Assembly: GCF_000698785.1 (NCBI RefSeq) | Contig: NZ_CP007536.1 | Location: 2,430,001-2,462,000, forward strand | Direction: 5' to 3' | Source of the DNA: Nitrososphaera viennensis EN76 | GTDB taxonomy: Archaea > Thermoproteota > Nitrososphaeria > Nitrososphaerales > Nitrososphaeraceae | DNA length: 32,000 nucleotides | Shown: one piece after another, positions 31,399-32,000 of the stretch | Layout of the letters: every line of letters begins with the position of its first letter | Position numbering within the stretch: the stretch's first letter is position 1 | Made by a program: the position numbers and the translations under genes | The notes under the pieces: model-generated | Database searches by the model: none | What the model saw: the letters and a program-made list of their open reading frames with translations, nothing else | Told to the model about the DNA's origin: nothing

Positions 31399-31696
31399 AA
31401 ATAATATCGTACGATGTTCAAGCTGCAACGCGCCTTTAATCTACGAGGAATTGAAAGATCATATCTGTTTTACAAAGAAGCTAGTCGAGGCGCGATTTGA
31501 TACCAATGACAACAAGGTTTACGCATTTGATGGAAAAAGATGGTATCGCTGGTTCCCGCCCACCCAAAATTCAACACCCAATTCCAACACCCGAAGATTC
31601 AACAGAACCAGCGTAGTTGTAGATTCTGCTGCTGTTAGTTCTTTTATTGTGGCAGGTTTACGCATGTTCATGCATAAAGTCGGCTTCTCTTCATGA
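31385..31696 (+). CDS. Small CxxC...HxC protein whose reading frame runs through the right TIR and out of the transposon
   Basis: ATG 31385 overlaps the upstream gene by 14 nt. The N-terminal ~58 aa (RCSSCNAPLIYEELKDHICF...GKRWYRW) look genuine. From ~31555 the frame is encoded by TIR and flank DNA. Confidence 0.4.
   Translation: MKMNENNIVRCSSCNAPLIYEELKDHICFTKKLVEARFDTNDNKVYAFDGKRWYRWFPPTQNSTPNSNTRRFNRTSVVVDSAAVSSFIVAGLRMFMHKVGFSS
31560..31609 (-). repeat. Right terminal inverted repeat (50 bp)
   Basis: The plus strand reads CCACCCAAAATTCAACACCCAATTCCAACACCCGAAGATTCAACAGAACC, the exact reverse complement of 28380-28429. Confidence 0.9.
31610..31617 (+). repeat. Right copy of the 8-bp target-site duplication AGCGTAGT
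   Basis: Identical to 28372-28379 and directly abutting the right TIR. Confidence 0.8.
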
Positions 31697-31714
31697 TGAA
31701 ATAAATATCAGAAA

Positions 31715-31948
31715 ATGAGCTTGCGTCCTGTCGTGAAAGTAGAACTAGAAATGTACATCGACGAAGAAGACGAATCGATCGTCCTGAAGAACGTTTCAGA
31801 AATAACGAAGCACGCAAAAGAATTGGGGTTCAAGCTGGGCGAACTTGAATTCAAAAACAGGGAATACGACAAGCGCGAAAAGAAAGAAGAAGAAAAAGGG
31901 AACAAGGAAAACAAGAAACGCCATCATGGCCATCATCACGGCAGGTAA
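31715..31948 (+). CDS. Hypothetical small protein with a Lys/Glu-rich region and His-rich tail (HHGHHHGR)
   Basis: ATG start, 77 codons, AT-rich DNA outside the transposon. No family was recognised. Confidence 0.35.
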   Translation: MSLRPVVKVELEMYIDEEDESIVLKNVSEITKHAKELGFKLGELEFKNREYDKREKKEEEKGNKENKKRHHGHHHGR

Positions 31949-32000
31949 CAGAAAAAGGCATGACGATGGTCGCAAGGCAGACGTACTGCACAAATTGCAA

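Larger units (their letters stand above)
28380..31609. mobile_element. IS6-family-like cargo transposon (3230 bp) with 50-bp perfect TIRs, an 8-bp TSD, one DDE transposase and four passenger ORFs
   Basis: The TIRs and TSD were read base by base. The transposase has IS6-type motifs. The termini GGTTCTGTTGAA resemble the IS26 inverted repeat GGCACTGTTGCAAA. The interior is AT-rich. Confidence 0.8.

Noticed and set aside
28372-31617. Alternative readings of the 50-bp inverted repeats: casposon TIRs, or the boundaries of a recombinase-invertible segment
   Set aside because: No Cas1 or PolB gene, and no invertase or tyrosine or serine recombinase gene, lies between the repeats. The exact 8-bp direct duplication, the IS26-like termini and the IS6-type DDE transposase fit simple transposition better.
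1-32000. CRISPR arrays, rRNA genes and box C/D sRNAs in the intergenic regions
   Set aside because: No regularly spaced direct repeats and no rRNA-like sequence were seen. The intergenic spacers lack paired RUGAUGA/CUGA boxes, apart from the UGAU pair in the L7Ae leader, which is reported separately.

Overview
The window reads as archaeal chromosome. It has a thermosome, aIF5B, ribosomal proteins L7Ae/S28e/L24e/L11 and intron-containing tRNAs. The protein style suggests a Nitrososphaera-like thaumarchaeon, but that is inference only. A housekeeping core at about 9.2-28.3 kb lies between two tRNA genes. The core holds a radical SAM protein, a cyclase, a class V aminotransferase, the thermosome, a rhomboid, uL11, a 1573-aa S8 protease, thioredoxin, the L7Ae-S28e-L24e-ndk-aIF5B operon and a phosphohexomutase. 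Visibly AT-richer accessory DNA abuts the 3' end of each tRNA. Left of tRNA-Lys(UUU) (bases 1-9105) is a partial integrated element. It carries a tyrosine integrase, an orphan ParB-like protein, a HEPN protein, a decayed DUF72 gene and a roughly 1150-codon low-complexity reading frame split by one in-frame TAG. Right of tRNA-Leu(UAG) is the strongest finding. This is a 3230-bp transposon (28380-31609) with perfect 50-bp terminal inverted repeats, an 8-bp target duplication (AGCGTAGT) and an IS6-like DDE transposase. It also carries four passenger ORFs, unlike a typical IS6 element: an RxxxxH HEPN protein and an overlapping AbrB-like/158-aa/zinc-ribbon cassette. That cargo is a candidate mobile toxin or defence module. 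All family calls come from motifs read by eye and need HMM or structure confirmation. No CRISPR array or rRNA was seen.
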